Part shown: one piece after another, positions 1 through 10,514 of the stretch | Layout of the letters: every line of letters begins with the position of its first letter | Position numbering within the stretch: the stretch's first letter is position 1 | Assembly (NCBI GenBank): GCA_963614215.1 | Contig: CAVECB010000006.1 | Coordinates: 3,424 to 67,423 of the forward strand | Reading direction: 5' to 3' | DNA: 64,000 nucleotides | Source: Ruthenibacterium lactatiformans | Lineage (GTDB): Bacteria; Actinomycetota; Coriobacteriia; Coriobacteriales; QAMH01 | The notes under the pieces: generated by a model | Databases searched by the model: none | Told to the model about the DNA's origin: nothing | The model's input: only the letters and a program-made list of their open reading frames with translations | Position numbers and translations under genes: made by a program

Positions 1-240
1 TTCGTTGATGGAGACGCAGGCAGCCGCCGGAAAGCCGCCGTAGCCCTTGAAGGCGGGTTTTGCGCCCTCGGCGCGTATGCAGCGCTCCACCTCCGCGTCC
101 ACCTCCGCGGTGGAAACACCCGCTTCAATGGCAAGGCCGGCCGCATGCAGCGCCATCGCGCTGACCCGGCCGGCCTCTCTCAAAGCCTCTATCTGCGCGG
201 GCGTCTTCAGGCAGACGCCCGAACGACGGCGTACCCGCAT
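1..240 (-). CDS. map: methionine aminopeptidase, N-terminal 80 codons (gene runs off the window start)
   Basis: Open-ended, so absent from the ORF track. The reverse complement of 1-240 starts at ATG (238-240) and reads MRVRRRSGVCLKTPAQIEALREAGRVSAMALHAAGLAIEAGVSTAEVDAEVERCIRAEGAKPAFKGYGGFPAAACVSINE, which is MetAP-like. Conserved secY-adk-map order. Confidence 0.8.
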   Translation of the reverse strand, partial: MRVRRRSGVCLKTPAQIEALREAGRVSAMALHAAGLAIEAGVSTAEVDAEVERCIRAEGAKPAFKGYGGFPAAACVSINE

Positions 241-241
241 A

Positions 242-865
242 CTAGCCGACGATCCCCTTGATGTCGGCGTAGACCTCGTCCACGGGGCGGTTGCCGTCCA
301 CCTCGACCAAGGTGCCGTTGCCGCGGTAGTAGTCGATCAGCGGGCTGGTCTGCTTGTCGTAGACGTCCAGGCGGTTGCGCACAGACTCGGCGTTGTCGTC
401 GGCGCGCTGATACATCTCGCCGCCGCAATCCGGGCACGCCGGCGCGTCTTCGACCGTGCCGACAAAACCGCACTCGCGGCAGATGCGGCGCGAGGAGATG
501 CGCTCCACCACCACGTCGTTGTCCACCTCAAGCGCGATGGCGAAGTCAAGCTTCTTGCCCAGGTCGCTCAAGACGCCGTCGAGCGCGACGGCCTGCGCCG
601 GGGTGCGCGGAAAGCCGTCGAGCAGATACGACGCGTCGGGGTTTTCCTTCAGGCGCTCGCCCACGAGGCCAATCACGACCTCGTCGGGCACCAGGTCGCC
701 TGCGTCCATGTAGCTCTTGGCCTTCTTGCCCAGCTCTGTGCCCGCGGCCACCGCCGCGCGCAACAGATCGCCCGTGGCCAGATGCTCGAAGCCGTAATCC
801 TCGACGAGCTTGGCGGATTGCGTTCCCTTGCCGGCGCCCGGGGCGCCCAATAAGACGATGTTCAT
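242..865 (-). CDS. adk: adenylate kinase
   Basis: 207-aa ORF with ATG at 863-865. P-loop GAPGAGKGT. Four-Cys lid CRECG...CPDCG. Located downstream of secY. Confidence 0.97.
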   Translation of the reverse strand: MNIVLLGAPGAGKGTQSAKLVEDYGFEHLATGDLLRAAVAAGTELGKKAKSYMDAGDLVPDEVVIGLVGERLKENPDASYLLDGFPRTPAQAVALDGVLSDLGKKLDFAIALEVDNDVVVERISSRRICRECGFVGTVEDAPACPDCGGEMYQRADDNAESVRNRLDVYDKQTSPLIDYYRGNGTLVEVDGNRPVDEVYADIKGIVG

Positions 866-952
866 TGCACTGCTCCTTTGAAGACGTGCCCGCGCCGCAC
901 GGCCCGCATATACGGGAGGGCGGCACGGGGACTTTTCGGTGCGGCGGCGTTC

Positions 953-2245
953 CTATTTGAAGAAGCCGTCGTAGTTGTGCATTTTAAGCTGCGACTCCAA
1001 TTTCGTCATCGTGTCGAGCGCGACGCCGACCATGATGAGGATGGAGGTGCCGCCGAACTGCTGGATCAGGGTGTTGCCCGTGAACGAGTAGAGAATCGTC
1101 GGGATGATGGCGATGGCAGCCACGAACATGGCACCCGGCAGTGTGATGCGGTTGATGACCTTCTTCAGGTACTGCACGGTGGCAGAGCCGGGGCGGATGC
1201 CCGGGATGAAGCCGCCGGAGTTCTTCAGCTGGTCGGCCGTCTGATCCGGGTGGTAGATCATCGAGTTGTAGAAGTACGCGAAGAACACGATGAACACGAA
1301 GGTGAGCAGCCAGTTGCCCCACCCGCTCGAGCAGAAGTTGGCCACGGCCTGCAACCACTCGACGTCGGTGAAAAACGCCGCAATCTGGGGCGGCACGTAG
1401 AGCAGAGCCGCCGCAAAGATGATGGGGATGACGCCCGCGCCGTTGACCTTGAACGGCAGGTAGGTGCTCTGGCCACCCATCTGGCGACGCCCGACGACAC
1501 GCTTGGAGTACTGCACCGGGATGCGACGCTGGCCGCGCTCGATGAAGACGATGGCCGGGATGACCACGAGGATGACCGCGATGATGATGAGCGTGGTGAG
1601 CACACCTTGCATGGTGTCGCTGCTGGTGAGCACCGAATCGTAGAGCGCACTTGGGAGGCGAGCAACGATGTTGGCGAAGATGATGAGCGACATGCCGTTG
1701 CCGATGCCGCGCTGGGTGATCAGCTCGCCCATCCACATGATGAAGGCGGTGCCGGCCACGAGCGTGACGACGATGATGATGTAGGTGGCCCACACGGGCA
1801 TGACCCCGTCGCTAAACGTGATGCCGAAGCTCGGGCTTTGGAAGAGCACGAGGTAGCCCACCGCGTTGATCAGGCCGAGTATGAGCGTGAGGTAGCGGGT
1901 GATGCGCGTGATCTTGCGCCGGCCCGTCTCGCCTTCTTTGGCCCAATCCTGCAGGCGCGGGATGACGCCTTGCATGAGCTGCATGATGATCGATGCCGTG
2001 ATGTAGGGCATGATGCCGAGCGAGAACACGGAGAAGTACTCGAGCGCGCCGCCCGAGAACAGGTTCAGCATCATCAGGCCGGCGTTGGCGTCGTCGCCTT
2101 TGAAGCTGTCCACCAGCTCGGCAAAGGGGATGCCAGGCACGGGGATGAACGACCCCACGCGGTAGAGCAAAATGATGCCGAGCGTGAAGAGGATCTTGCG
2201 GCGAAGCTCCTTCACGCGCATCGCATTTGCGAGAGCCTTAAGCAC
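953..2245 (-). CDS. secY: preprotein translocase subunit SecY
   Basis: 430-aa polytopic ORF. N-terminus (M)LKALANAMRVKELRRKILFTLG. GTG start at 2243-2245, directly after the rplO stop. Confidence 0.97.
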   Translation of the reverse strand: MLKALANAMRVKELRRKILFTLGIILLYRVGSFIPVPGIPFAELVDSFKGDDANAGLMMLNLFSGGALEYFSVFSLGIMPYITASIIMQLMQGVIPRLQDWAKEGETGRRKITRITRYLTLILGLINAVGYLVLFQSPSFGITFSDGVMPVWATYIIIVVTLVAGTAFIMWMGELITQRGIGNGMSLIIFANIVARLPSALYDSVLTSSDTMQGVLTTLIIIAVILVVIPAIVFIERGQRRIPVQYSKRVVGRRQMGGQSTYLPFKVNGAGVIPIIFAAALLYVPPQIAAFFTDVEWLQAVANFCSSGWGNWLLTFVFIVFFAYFYNSMIYHPDQTADQLKNSGGFIPGIRPGSATVQYLKKVINRITLPGAMFVAAIAIIPTILYSFTGNTLIQQFGGTSILIMVGVALDTMTKLESQLKMHNYDGFFK

Positions 2246-2247
2246 GG

Positions 2248-2688
2248 TTACTCGACCTTCCCTCCGGCTGCCTCGATTTTGGCCTTCGCGGAAGCGGACA
2301 CCTTGTCCACCTGCACGGTGAGGGCCTTGGTGATCTCGCCGTCGCCGAGCACCTTCACGGGCGCGTCGGCGTGCTTGATGATGCCGGCTTCAACGAGCGC
2401 GGCCTTGTCCACCACGGCGCCTGCCTCGAACTTGGCCTCGAGGCGCGAGACGTTCACGGGCAAATACTCGGTGCGGTTGACGTTGCGAAAGCCGGGCAGC
2501 TTGGGCAGACGGCGCGCAAGCGGGGTCTGGCCGCCCTCGAAACCGGGACGCTTGCCCCCGCCGGCGCGGGAGAGCTGGCCGTTGGAGCCGCGTCCAGACT
2601 TGCCGCCGAATCCGCTGCCATGGCCGCGGCCGACGCGCTTGCGGTTTTTCGTAGAGCCCTCAGCGGGCTTCAGGTCGTGCAGGTTCAT
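2248..2688 (-). CDS. rplO: 50S ribosomal protein L15 (uL15)
   Basis: ORF 2248-2694. Preferred ATG at 2686-2688 ([12 protein letters not shown]...) with GAAGGAG upstream. Gly/Arg-rich N-terminal half. Confidence 0.94.
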   Translation of the reverse strand: MNLHDLKPAEGSTKNRKRVGRGHGSGFGGKSGRGSNGQLSRAGGGKRPGFEGGQTPLARRLPKLPGFRNVNRTEYLPVNVSRLEAKFEAGAVVDKAALVEAGIIKHADAPVKVLGDGEITKALTVQVDKVSASAKAKIEAAGGKVE

Positions 2689-2876
2689 CTTCACTCCTTC
2701 ACACGCGACGCGCCGCTTCTTTTTCGCGCCCCTCCCCCGCTTTTCGGGGAAAAGTGCGCGTCGATGCGGCGCGGCCGGCTGCTCGCCGCCGGCTGACTTC
2801 CGTTTGAAAAAGCCCCGAGCCGATTTCCTTTGTTCGGCTCGGGGAATAGTACCAGATAATGCGTCCAGGCTTCGCG

Positions 2877-3065
2877 CTAGATGCTTTCCACCTCGACCAG
2901 GTGCTTCACCTTGAAGAGCATGCCCTGGACAGACGGGTTGTCCACCTGCTCGACCGTGCTGCCGGGCTTGCCCAGCCCGAGGGCCTTCAGCGTGGCCACC
3001 TGGTCGTGCTTGGTGCCGATAGCGCTTTTCACCTGCGTGACGCGCAGGGTCTTCTTCTCTGCCAT
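2877..3065 (-). CDS. rpmD: 50S ribosomal protein L30 (uL30)
   Basis: 62 aa, [17 protein letters not shown]... Abuts the rpsE stop. Operon position. Confidence 0.92.
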   Translation of the reverse strand: MAEKKTLRVTQVKSAIGTKHDQVATLKALGLGKPGSTVEQVDNPSVQGMLFKVKHLVEVESI

Positions 3066-3614
3066 TTATCCGACCTTCTTCCCGTACATGGCGGCGATGG
3101 TCACGCCGCGGCGGTCTGCGACCTGCTGGGGGCTTTGCAGCTGCTTCATGCCCTCGGCTGCCGCCTTCACCATGTTCATCGGGTTGTCCGTGCCAAGGCT
3201 TTTCGCCAGCACGTCTTTGACCCCGGCGAGCTCGAAGAGCGCGCGCACCGGGCCGCCGGCGATGACGCCGGTACCCTCGGTGGCGGGCTTGATCAGCACG
3301 CGGCCCGCGGAGTAGGCGCCCATGACCTCGTGGGGAACCGTGCCCGACTCGGTGAGGGGCACCTTGAACATGTTTTTCTTCGCGTCTTCGACGCCCTTGC
3401 TGATGGCGATGGGCACCTCGGCGGACTTGCCCATCCCGACGCCGACGTTTCCGTTGCGGTCGCCCACGACCACGAGGGCGGTCAGGCCGAAGCGGCGGCC
3501 ACCCTTGACCACCTTGGACACGCGGTTGATGAAGACCACGCGCTCTTCAAGCTCGGGGACGGCGGGATTCGCGTCGCGCTTGTTCCTGTTCTTGCTGTTG
3601 GACCTGTTCGGCAT
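3066..3614 (-). CDS. rpsE: 30S ribosomal protein S5 (uS5)
   Basis: 182 aa with [14 protein letters not shown] motif. Operon position. Confidence 0.96.
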   Translation of the reverse strand: MPNRSNSKNRNKRDANPAVPELEERVVFINRVSKVVKGGRRFGLTALVVVGDRNGNVGVGMGKSAEVPIAISKGVEDAKKNMFKVPLTESGTVPHEVMGAYSAGRVLIKPATEGTGVIAGGPVRALFELAGVKDVLAKSLGTDNPMNMVKAAAEGMKQLQSPQQVADRRGVTIAAMYGKKVG

Positions 3615-3632
3615 AAGCTCTGCTCTCCCTTT

Positions 3633-3995
3633 CTAGAATTTCAAGCCTGCCTCGCGGGCTGCATCCGCGAGCGCCTTGACCCGTCCGTGATAGATATGCC
3701 CGCCGCGGTCGAAGACGACCTCTTCGATCTGGGCCTCGACGGCGCGCTGGCCGACGAGCTTGCCCACCTCTTGGGCGCCGGCCACGTTCGAGCCGCTCTT
3801 GCCCGCGAGGCTTTTGTCCAGAGACGACGCGCTGACGATGGTGGTGCCTGCCACGTCGTCGATGAGCTGGGCGTAGATGTGCTTGTTGGAACGCGTGACG
3901 CACAGGCGCGGACGCGACGCGGTGCCGGACACCTTGCCGCGCACACGGCGCTGGCGGCGCCGATGCTGTTCCTTCTTTTTCTTAAGGCTGTCCAT
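3633..3995 (-). CDS. rplR: 50S ribosomal protein L18 (uL18)
   Basis: 120 aa with [20 protein letters not shown]. Operon position. Confidence 0.95.
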   Translation of the reverse strand: MDSLKKKKEQHRRRQRRVRGKVSGTASRPRLCVTRSNKHIYAQLIDDVAGTTIVSASSLDKSLAGKSGSNVAGAQEVGKLVGQRAVEAQIEEVVFDRGGHIYHGRVKALADAAREAGLKF

Positions 3996-4055
3996 GTCTT
4001 CTCATAACTCCTCGAATATGACCGCGGTGAAACCCGCGGCATGCCTTCACGCGCC

Positions 4056-4592
4056 TTACGCGCCTGCCTTGCCTTCCTTGCGGCGGATGTGCTCGCCTTG
4101 GTAGCGCACGCCCTTGCCCTTGTAGGGCTCGGGGGGACGGAAGGCGCGCACGTCGGCAGCCGTCTGGCCGACGAGCTGCTTGTCGATGCCCTTCACGTGG
4201 ACGATGGTCGTCTCGGGGCACTCGAACTCGATGCCCTCGGGCGGCTCGAGCGTGACGGGATGCGAAAAGCCCAGCGTCATCTCCAAGGTCTTGCCCTTGA
4301 GGGATGCGCGGTAGCCCACGCCCTGCAGCTCCAGCGTCTTCACATAGCCTTCAGTCACGCCAACGACCATGTTGTTGATGAGGGTGCGGGTCAGGCCGTG
4401 CAGCGAGCGGCTTTCGCGCTCGTCGTCCGGACGGCTGACGGTGATGCCCTCTTCGCCCTGCTCGATTTTCAGCTTCTCGGAAAAGCTTTGCGTCAGCTCT
4501 CCTTTAGGCCCTTTCACGGTGACGGTGCTGCCGTCGATCTTCACGTCGACGCCCGCAGGAACCGGAACGGGCAACTTGCCAATACGCGACAT
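4056..4592 (-). CDS. rplF: 50S ribosomal protein L6 (uL6)
   Basis: 178 aa, [17 protein letters not shown]... Confidence 0.96.
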   Translation of the reverse strand: MSRIGKLPVPVPAGVDVKIDGSTVTVKGPKGELTQSFSEKLKIEQGEEGITVSRPDDERESRSLHGLTRTLINNMVVGVTEGYVKTLELQGVGYRASLKGKTLEMTLGFSHPVTLEPPEGIEFECPETTIVHVKGIDKQLVGQTAADVRAFRPPEPYKGKGVRYQGEHIRRKEGKAGA

Positions 4593-4617
4593 AAGATGTG
4601 CTCCTTTCTCGGTTCGT

Positions 4618-5013
4618 CTACCAGATGTAGGCCAAGACCTCGCCGCCGACGCCTGCCAGGCGCGCGTCGCGGTCGGTCATGACGCCTTTGGAGGTGGATA
4701 TGACAGCGCAGCCCAGGCCGCCCAGCACGCGGGGCAGCTCGTCGGCGTGCGCGTAGATGCGCAGGCCGGGCTTGGAGATGCGGCGGATGCCGCGGATGGT
4801 GCGCTCGCGCTTCGGGCCGTACTTCAGCGAGATGACGAGCTCGTCTTGGGGGGCCTTGGCCTGGACCTCGTAGTCGGCGATGTAGCCCTCTTCTTTCATG
4901 ACGCGGGCAATCTCGACGAGCTTCTTGCTCGACGGCATGCTCACCTGCTCTTTTTCCGCAGAGTTGGCGTTGCGGATGCGCGTCAACATATCTGCGATGG
5001 TGTCTGTGGTCAT
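4618..5013 (-). CDS. rpsH: 30S ribosomal protein S8 (uS8)
   Basis: 131 aa with [13 protein letters not shown]. Confidence 0.96.
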   Translation of the reverse strand: MTTDTIADMLTRIRNANSAEKEQVSMPSSKKLVEIARVMKEEGYIADYEVQAKAPQDELVISLKYGPKRERTIRGIRRISKPGLRIYAHADELPRVLGGLGCAVISTSKGVMTDRDARLAGVGGEVLAYIW

Positions 5014-5119
5014 TCAAATGCTCCTTATGGTTCGTTGATGACTGTTCGCGTGCGGTTCGCCACGACCCGTAGCCGCGGCGCCTTCACATGACAGCCCGGT
5101 CTAGATCCGAGCAGGTCTC

Positions 5120-5305
5120 TTACCAAGAGGCCTTGCGGACGCCGGGTAGCTCGCCTTTCAGTGCCATCTCGCGCAGGCACACGCGGCACAGCCCGAACTT
5201 GCGGTACACCGAATGCGGACGCCCGCAGCGGCTGCAGCGGGTGTAGGCGCGGGTGGAGTACTTCGGTTCGCGCTTCGCCTTGGCGATCATCGATTTCTTT
5301 GCCAA
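5120..5305 (-). CDS. rpsN: 30S ribosomal protein S14, short zinc-binding type Z (uS14)
   Basis: 61 aa. TTG start (5303-5305) with AAGGAGG 6 nt upstream. CSRCGRP...CRVC zinc ribbon. Confidence 0.94.
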   Translation of the reverse strand: MAKKSMIAKAKREPKYSTRAYTRCSRCGRPHSVYRKFGLCRVCLREMALKGELPGVRKASW

Positions 5306-5388
5306 AACTTGCCTCCTTATCGCCTTCGGCGGCCCTCCTTTTTTAGGCCGCCGTTAAAGCCTTTCTCGATGGATGGGCCGCTTAAAGT

Positions 5389-5940
5389 CTAGCGGCTCTC
5401 CTTGAACGGGAAACCGAACGCCTTGAGCAGGGCGCGTCCGGCCTCGTCGGTGGTCGCCGTCGTGACGATGGTGATGTCCATGCCGCGGGTGCGGTCCACC
5501 TGGTCGTACTCGATCTCGGGGAAGATCAGCTGCTCGGTCACGCCCATGGAGTAGTTGCCGTGGCCGTCGAAGCTATCGGGGTTCATGCCGCGAAAGTCGC
5601 GGATGCGCGGGATGGCCAAAGAGACCAGACGGTCGAAGAACTCGTACATGCGGTCGCCGCGCAGCGTGACCTTGGCGCCGATGGCCTGGCCTTTGCGCAG
5701 GTGGAAGGTCGCGATGGACTTCTTCGCGTGGCAGATCATGGGCTGCTGGCCAGTGATCTGGCGCAGGTCGGCGACGGCGCCGTCGATTTGCTTGGAGTCC
5801 GTGGCGGCGATGCCGACGCCCATGTTCACGACAATCTTTTCCAGCTTGGGCACGTTGTTCACGTTGTCGCAGCCCAGCTCGGACTCGAGCTTGGCCAAAA
5901 TCTCGTTTTTGTACTTTTCCCTCAAACGCGGTGTTGCCAT
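5389..5940 (-). CDS. rplE: 50S ribosomal protein L5 (uL5)
   Basis: 183 aa, [14 protein letters not shown]... Confidence 0.96.
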   Translation of the reverse strand: MATPRLREKYKNEILAKLESELGCDNVNNVPKLEKIVVNMGVGIAATDSKQIDGAVADLRQITGQQPMICHAKKSIATFHLRKGQAIGAKVTLRGDRMYEFFDRLVSLAIPRIRDFRGMNPDSFDGHGNYSMGVTEQLIFPEIEYDQVDRTRGMDITIVTTATTDEAGRALLKAFGFPFKESR

Positions 5941-6069
5941 GTTGCTTTCCCACTCCTTTAAATCCGGGGTTTCAGGCGGGGTTTCCGACCTCGCCCCCTC
6001 ACGAGCCGCGCCTTATGGGATGGACGCGGACGTGAGGGCCTTTTCCTCATCGACTAAAAGCGTGCGCCT

Positions 6070-6387
6070 CTAGTCGATGTCTTTGCCGCACTTCTTGCAG
6101 GTGCGCACTTTGTTCTTGCCGTCGTGCTTGACGCCCACGCGGGTGGGCAGCCCGCAATGCGGGCACACGAGCATGACGTTGGAGGCGTCGATGGGCGCCT
6201 CGCGCTCCTCAATGCCGCCGCTGGGGTTTTGCTGCGTGGGGCGCAAGGCCTTGTGCACGATGTTGGCGCCGGAAACCAGCACGCGGCGCTTGGCCGGCTG
6301 GCAGGACAGCACCTCGCCCTCGTGGCCGGCGTCCTTGCCCGTGATGACCTTGACCTTGTCGCCGGTCTTGATGTTCATGCTGCTCAT
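6070..6387 (-). CDS. rplX: 50S ribosomal protein L24 (uL24), Cys4-containing form
   Basis: 105 aa. KOW motif GDKVKVITGKDAG. The C-terminal part carries CPHC...CKKC. Confidence 0.93.
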   Translation of the reverse strand: MSSMNIKTGDKVKVITGKDAGHEGEVLSCQPAKRRVLVSGANIVHKALRPTQQNPSGGIEEREAPIDASNVMLVCPHCGLPTRVGVKHDGKNKVRTCKKCGKDID

Positions 6388-6405
6388 ATCTCGTCCACGC
6401 CTCCT

Positions 6406-6774
6406 CTACAGCGTCTCGGGGGCCAAAGAGACGATGCGCAGGTAGCGCTTCTCGCGCAGCTCGCGGGCCACCGGCCCGAAGATGCGCGTGCCGCGCGGGG
6501 CGCCCGCGTTGTCCACGAGCACGGCTGCGTTCTCGTCAAACTTGATGTAGGAGCCGTCCTTGCGGCGGACTTCCTTTTTCACCCTGACGACGACGCAGCG
6601 CACCACGTCGCCCTTCTTCACCTGGCCGTTGGGGATTGCCTCCTGCACGGCGCACATGATGGTGTCGCCCAGCCCCGCGTAGCGGCGCTTCGAGCCGCCC
6701 AGAACCTTGATGCAACGCACCTTGCGCGCGCCGCTGTTGTCCGCGACGGTCAGCATGGTCTGCATTTGAATCAT
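6406..6774 (-). CDS. rplN: 50S ribosomal protein L14 (uL14)
   Basis: 122 aa, [18 protein letters not shown]... Confidence 0.97.
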   Translation of the reverse strand: MIQMQTMLTVADNSGARKVRCIKVLGGSKRRYAGLGDTIMCAVQEAIPNGQVKKGDVVRCVVVRVKKEVRRKDGSYIKFDENAAVLVDNAGAPRGTRIFGPVARELREKRYLRIVSLAPETL

Positions 6775-6811
6775 TGCGTCTTTATCCTTTCTTCGCCTAG
6801 GCGCCGCTTAG

Positions 6812-7078
6812 CTACTTGGCCTTCTCGACGATCTCGACCAGGCGCCAGCGCTTGGTCTTGGACAGGGGGCGCGTCTCCATGATGCGCACCGTGTCGCCCA
6901 CGCCGGCCTCGTTGTTCTCGTCGTGCGCATGCAGCTTCTTGGAGCTGTTCATCATCTTGCCGTAGACGCGGTGCGGCTTGCGCTCGCGAATCTGGACGAT
7001 GATGGTCTTGTCGTTGGCCGCAGAGACGACGACGCCCTGGCGGACCTTGCGATTGTTGCGCTCTTGCGTTTCACTCAT
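6812..7078 (-). CDS. rpsQ: 30S ribosomal protein S17 (uS17)
   Basis: 88 aa. Operon position between rpmC and rplN. Confidence 0.94.
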   Translation of the reverse strand: MSETQERNNRKVRQGVVVSAANDKTIIVQIRERKPHRVYGKMMNSSKKLHAHDENNEAGVGDTVRIMETRPLSKTKRWRLVEIVEKAK

Positions 7079-7100
7079 CGCTTATTCGTCCCCTTTCTTC

Positions 7101-7313
7101 CTAGGACGCAGCGTCTGCTGCGGCGTTGATTTCCCTGGCACGCATCTCGGTGAGGATGCGGGCAATGTCCTTTTTCACGGTCTTGACGCGCGCCGTGTTG
7201 TCCAACTGGCTCGTGGCCATCTGGAAGCGCAGGTTGAAGAGCTCGGAGCGGGACTCGTCCAGCTTCGTGGACAGATCCTCGCCGGAAAGCTCGCGGATTT
7301 CTGCCGGCTTCAT
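7101..7313 (-). CDS. rpmC: 50S ribosomal protein L29 (uL29)
   Basis: 70 aa, [14 protein letters not shown]... The ATG overlaps the rplP stop (TAATG). Confidence 0.93.
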   Translation of the reverse strand: MKPAEIRELSGEDLSTKLDESRSELFNLRFQMATSQLDNTARVKTVKKDIARILTEMRAREINAAADAAS

Positions 7314-7858
7314 TACTTGTCAGCACCACCTTTCGCAGCAGCTGCTTCCTTCTCCGCCTCGTGCTCGGCCTCTTCTTCGGCCTCGACAGCGCGCATGTGC
7401 GCGAACTCGGCGGCGTGCTCCTGGGCGAACTCGGCGGCGTGCTCGGCCGCGTGCTCTGCAAAGACCATCTTGCACTTGATGGGGAGCTTGTTGATCGCAA
7501 GGCGCATGGCCTCGCGGGCGACCTCGGGCTCGACGCCGTCGATCTCGAACATGATGCGGCCAGGCTTCACGACGGCCACCCACTCCTCGGGGTTGCCCTT
7601 GCCCTTGCCCATGCGGGTCTCGGCGGGCTTTTTGGTGATGGGCTTGTCGGGGAATATGGTGATCCACACGCGCCCGCCGCGCTTCATGTAGCGCGTCATG
7701 GCGATACGCGCGGCCTCAATCTGGCGGTTGGTGATCCAGTGGCGCTCGAGAGCCTGGATGCCGTAGGAGCCGAAGTTGATCTTCGTGCCGCCCTTGGCCT
7801 GGCCTTTCATCGAGCCACGCTGCACCTTGCGGTGCCGTACACGTTTGGGCATCAACAT
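7313..7858 (-). CDS. rplP: 50S ribosomal protein L16 (uL16) with about 48-aa acidic/His-rich C-terminal extension
   Basis: 181 aa, [15 protein letters not shown]... The canonical uL16 part ends near [10 protein letters not shown]. The tail is [48 protein letters not shown]. Confidence 0.95.
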   Translation of the reverse strand: MLMPKRVRHRKVQRGSMKGQAKGGTKINFGSYGIQALERHWITNRQIEAARIAMTRYMKRGGRVWITIFPDKPITKKPAETRMGKGKGNPEEWVAVVKPGRIMFEIDGVEPEVAREAMRLAINKLPIKCKMVFAEHAAEHAAEFAQEHAAEFAHMRAVEAEEEAEHEAEKEAAAAKGGADK

Positions 7859-8571
7859 TAGCCGTTGCTCCTCTCACGACGTCCGCGGCCGCGACGCTGC
7901 ACGGAGCTGCCCTCGAGGGCAGGGTTGCTGCGCGTCTGGCCGGGGAGAACCTCGCCGTAGTACACCCACACCTTGATGCCGCACGAGCCCATCGTGGTGT
8001 TGGCGGTGGCGAATCCGTAATCGATCATCGCACGCAGGGTGTGCAGGGGCACGCGACCCTCGCGATACCACTCGCGGCGGCTCATCTCGGCACCGCCGAG
8101 GCGGCCCGAGCACTGGATGCGGATGCCCTTGGCGCCCGACTTGCGGGCAGATTGCACGGCCTTGCGCATCGCGCGGCGGAAAGCCACGCGACCTTCGAGC
8201 TGCTCGGCGATGGACTGGGCGATGAGGTTGGCGTCCAGCTCGGGGCGCTTGACCTCGACGACCTCGACGGAAACCTTGGACTCCGGTCCTGCAATCTTTT
8301 GCAGCTCGTGGCGCAGGGCGTCGACCTCGGCGCCCTTCTTGCCGATGACGATGCCGGGGCGCGCGGTGGTCAAGACGACCTTGACCGTCTCGCCGGCGCG
8401 CTCAATCTCGATGCGCGACAGGGCGGCCGAGGCCAGCTTCTTTTCGATGTGCTGGCGAAGCTTGATGTCGTTTTCCAGCGTGGACGCGTAGTCCTTGCCG
8501 GCGTACCAGCGGCTACGCCAGTTCTCGGTGATGCCGAGGCGGAAACCCGTCGGCTTTACCTTCTGACCCAT
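7858..8571 (-). CDS. rpsC: 30S ribosomal protein S3 (uS3)
   Basis: 237 aa, [13 protein letters not shown]... Confidence 0.96.
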   Translation of the reverse strand: MGQKVKPTGFRLGITENWRSRWYAGKDYASTLENDIKLRQHIEKKLASAALSRIEIERAGETVKVVLTTARPGIVIGKKGAEVDALRHELQKIAGPESKVSVEVVEVKRPELDANLIAQSIAEQLEGRVAFRRAMRKAVQSARKSGAKGIRIQCSGRLGGAEMSRREWYREGRVPLHTLRAMIDYGFATANTTMGSCGIKVWVYYGEVLPGQTRSNPALEGSSVQRRGRGRRERSNG

Positions 8572-8574
8572 GCT

Positions 8575-8916
8575 CTAGGCCTCCTCTCGGTTCGCAACGA
8601 CAATGGTGATGTGGCTCGTGCGCTTGTTGATCGGCGAAGCCGAGCCTTTGGCGCGCGGGCGGTAGCGCTTGATGGTGGGGCCTTCATCGACGAAGGCGCG
8701 CTTCACCACGAGGTTTTCGGGACGCAGGCCGTGGGCGGTCTGCGCGTTGGCCGCGGCGGAGTTCAGCACCTTCAGCACGACCTCCGAGATGGCGCGCTCG
8801 GAAAAGCGCAGCGTCTCGATGGCGGCGGGCACCTCCTTGCCGCGAATCTGGTCGACGACCATGCGCGCCTTGCGGGGCGAGACGCGCACGTATTTGGCGA
8901 TTGCCTGGGATTCCAT
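8575..8916 (-). CDS. rplV: 50S ribosomal protein L22 (uL22)
   Basis: 113 aa with AKYVRVSPRKARMVVDQIRG. Confidence 0.95.
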   Translation of the reverse strand: MESQAIAKYVRVSPRKARMVVDQIRGKEVPAAIETLRFSERAISEVVLKVLNSAAANAQTAHGLRPENLVVKRAFVDEGPTIKRYRPRAKGSASPINKRTSHITIVVANREEA

Positions 8917-8932
8917 GCTCTCTCAACCCTTT

Positions 8933-9193
8933 CTAGTCTGCGCGGTGGCCGCGGAACGTGCGCGTAGGCGAGAACTCGCCCAGCTTGTGCCCGACCATGG
9001 ACTCGGTGATGTAGACGGGGACGTGACGGCGCCCGTCGTGGACTGCGATCGTGTGGCCGACCATCTCGGGGAAGATGGTGGACGAACGGCTCCATGTCTT
9101 GATGGCCTTCTTCTCGCCAGCCTCGTTCATCGCGACGATGCGCTCGAGGAGGCGCGGCTCGACATAGGGGCCTTTTTTGAGACTTCTGCTCAT
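8933..9193 (-). CDS. rpsS: 30S ribosomal protein S19 (uS19)
   Basis: 86 aa, [11 protein letters not shown]... Confidence 0.96.
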   Translation of the reverse strand: MSRSLKKGPYVEPRLLERIVAMNEAGEKKAIKTWSRSSTIFPEMVGHTIAVHDGRRHVPVYITESMVGHKLGEFSPTRTFRGHRAD

Positions 9194-9219
9194 GTACTCT
9201 GCTCCTTTTTCTGCGCGCT

Positions 9220-10050
9220 CTATTTGCGGCGACGGCGGACGATGAGGCGGCTCGTCGCGTTCTTCGGGTTGCGGGTGCGATGGCCCTTGGCCGGCTGACC
9301 CCAGGGGCTGACCGGGTGACGGCCTGCGGTCTTGTTCTTGCCCTCGCCGCCACCGTGCGGGTGGTCGACGGGGTTCATGACGGTGCCGCGGACGGTCGGG
9401 CGCACGCCCATCCAGCGCTTGCGGCCGGCCTTGCCGATGTGGATGTTGGCGTGCTCGGCGTTGCCGACCTCGCCCACCGTGGCGCGGCAGTCCAGCAGCA
9501 CGCGGCGCATCTCGGAAGAAGGCATGCGCAAAATGGCGTAGCCGCCCTCCTTGCCCATGAGCTGGATGGAGGTGCCGGCCGAACGAGCCATGGCGGCGCC
9601 GTGGCCGGGCTGGAACTCGACGGCGTGCACGAGCGTGCCAACGGGGATGTTTGCCAGGGGCAGCGCGTTGCCGGGCTTGATGTCGGCGTCCGGGCCGCTT
9701 TCCACGGTGTCGCCCACCTTCAGCCCCTTGGGGTGCAAGATGTAGGCCTTGGCGCCGTCGGCGTAGTGCAAAAGCGCGATGCGAGCCGAGCGGTTCGGGT
9801 CGTACTCGATCGTCGCGACCTTGGCCGGAACCCCGTCTTTCACGCGCTTGAAATCGATCTTGCGGTACTGGCGCTTGTGGCCACCGCCTTGGTGGCGGGT
9901 GGTAATGCGCCCGTAGCAGTTGCGGCCGGCCTTCTTAGGCAGCGGCTCGAGCAGCGACTTCTCGGGCTTGTCCGTCGTGATCTCCGCGAAGTCGGAGACC
10001 GTCTGGAAGCGACGACCCGCAGAAGTGGGCTTGTATTGCTTTACTCCCAT
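9220..10050 (-). CDS. rplB: 50S ribosomal protein L2 (uL2)
   Basis: ORF 9220-10092. Preferred ATG at 10048-10050 ([14 protein letters not shown]...). Confidence 0.96.
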   Translation of the reverse strand: MGVKQYKPTSAGRRFQTVSDFAEITTDKPEKSLLEPLPKKAGRNCYGRITTRHQGGGHKRQYRKIDFKRVKDGVPAKVATIEYDPNRSARIALLHYADGAKAYILHPKGLKVGDTVESGPDADIKPGNALPLANIPVGTLVHAVEFQPGHGAAMARSAGTSIQLMGKEGGYAILRMPSSEMRRVLLDCRATVGEVGNAEHANIHIGKAGRKRWMGVRPTVRGTVMNPVDHPHGGGEGKNKTAGRHPVSPWGQPAKGHRTRNPKNATSRLIVRRRRK

Positions 10051-10226
10051 TCCAAAACTCCTTCGTGTCCGATTGCCGAAAACGCCTGCCATGGGAAGGG
10101 GAGGCGGTGCATCCTCCCGAGCAGGTTCGACCCCGGTCCTACCACGGCTCCGGGCGTTTTTCTTGAAGCGCCCGAAACCCTTTCAACAAACCCGCCCCGT
10201 AGCACCCGGGGCGGGGACGTGCCGAA

Positions 10227-10514
10227 CTAGTCTTGCTCTGCGAACAGCTCGATGGAATCGCCGTCGACCAAGGTGACGACTGCCTTCTTCCACGTGCGCG
10301 TGCTCCCTTTCTGGTAGCGGACGCGCTTGGGCTTGGGCTTGACGTTGGAGGTGTTCACCTTCAGCACCGTGACGCCGAAAATTTCCTCGACGGCATGGGC
10401 GATCTCTATCTTGTTGGCGGCCTTTGCCACCTCGAAGGTGTAGCGGTTGAGCTCCTGCATGTCCATGGAGCGCTCGGAGATGACCGGGCGGATGATGATG
10501 TCGCGTGCCAGCAT
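10227..10514 (-). CDS. rplW: 50S ribosomal protein L23 (uL23)
   Basis: 95 aa. ATG overlaps the rplD stop (TAATG). Confidence 0.94.
   Translation of the reverse strand: MLARDIIIRPVISERSMDMQELNRYTFEVAKAANKIEIAHAVEEIFGVTVLKVNTSNVKPKPKRVRYQKGSTRTWKKAVVTLVDGDSIELFAEQD

Noticed and set aside
878-2914. 678-aa plus-strand ORF
   Set aside because: It is antisense to secY and rplO, which carry unmistakable conserved sequences. The product is low-complexity and Arg/Ala/Asp-rich, typical of shadow ORFs in high-GC DNA.
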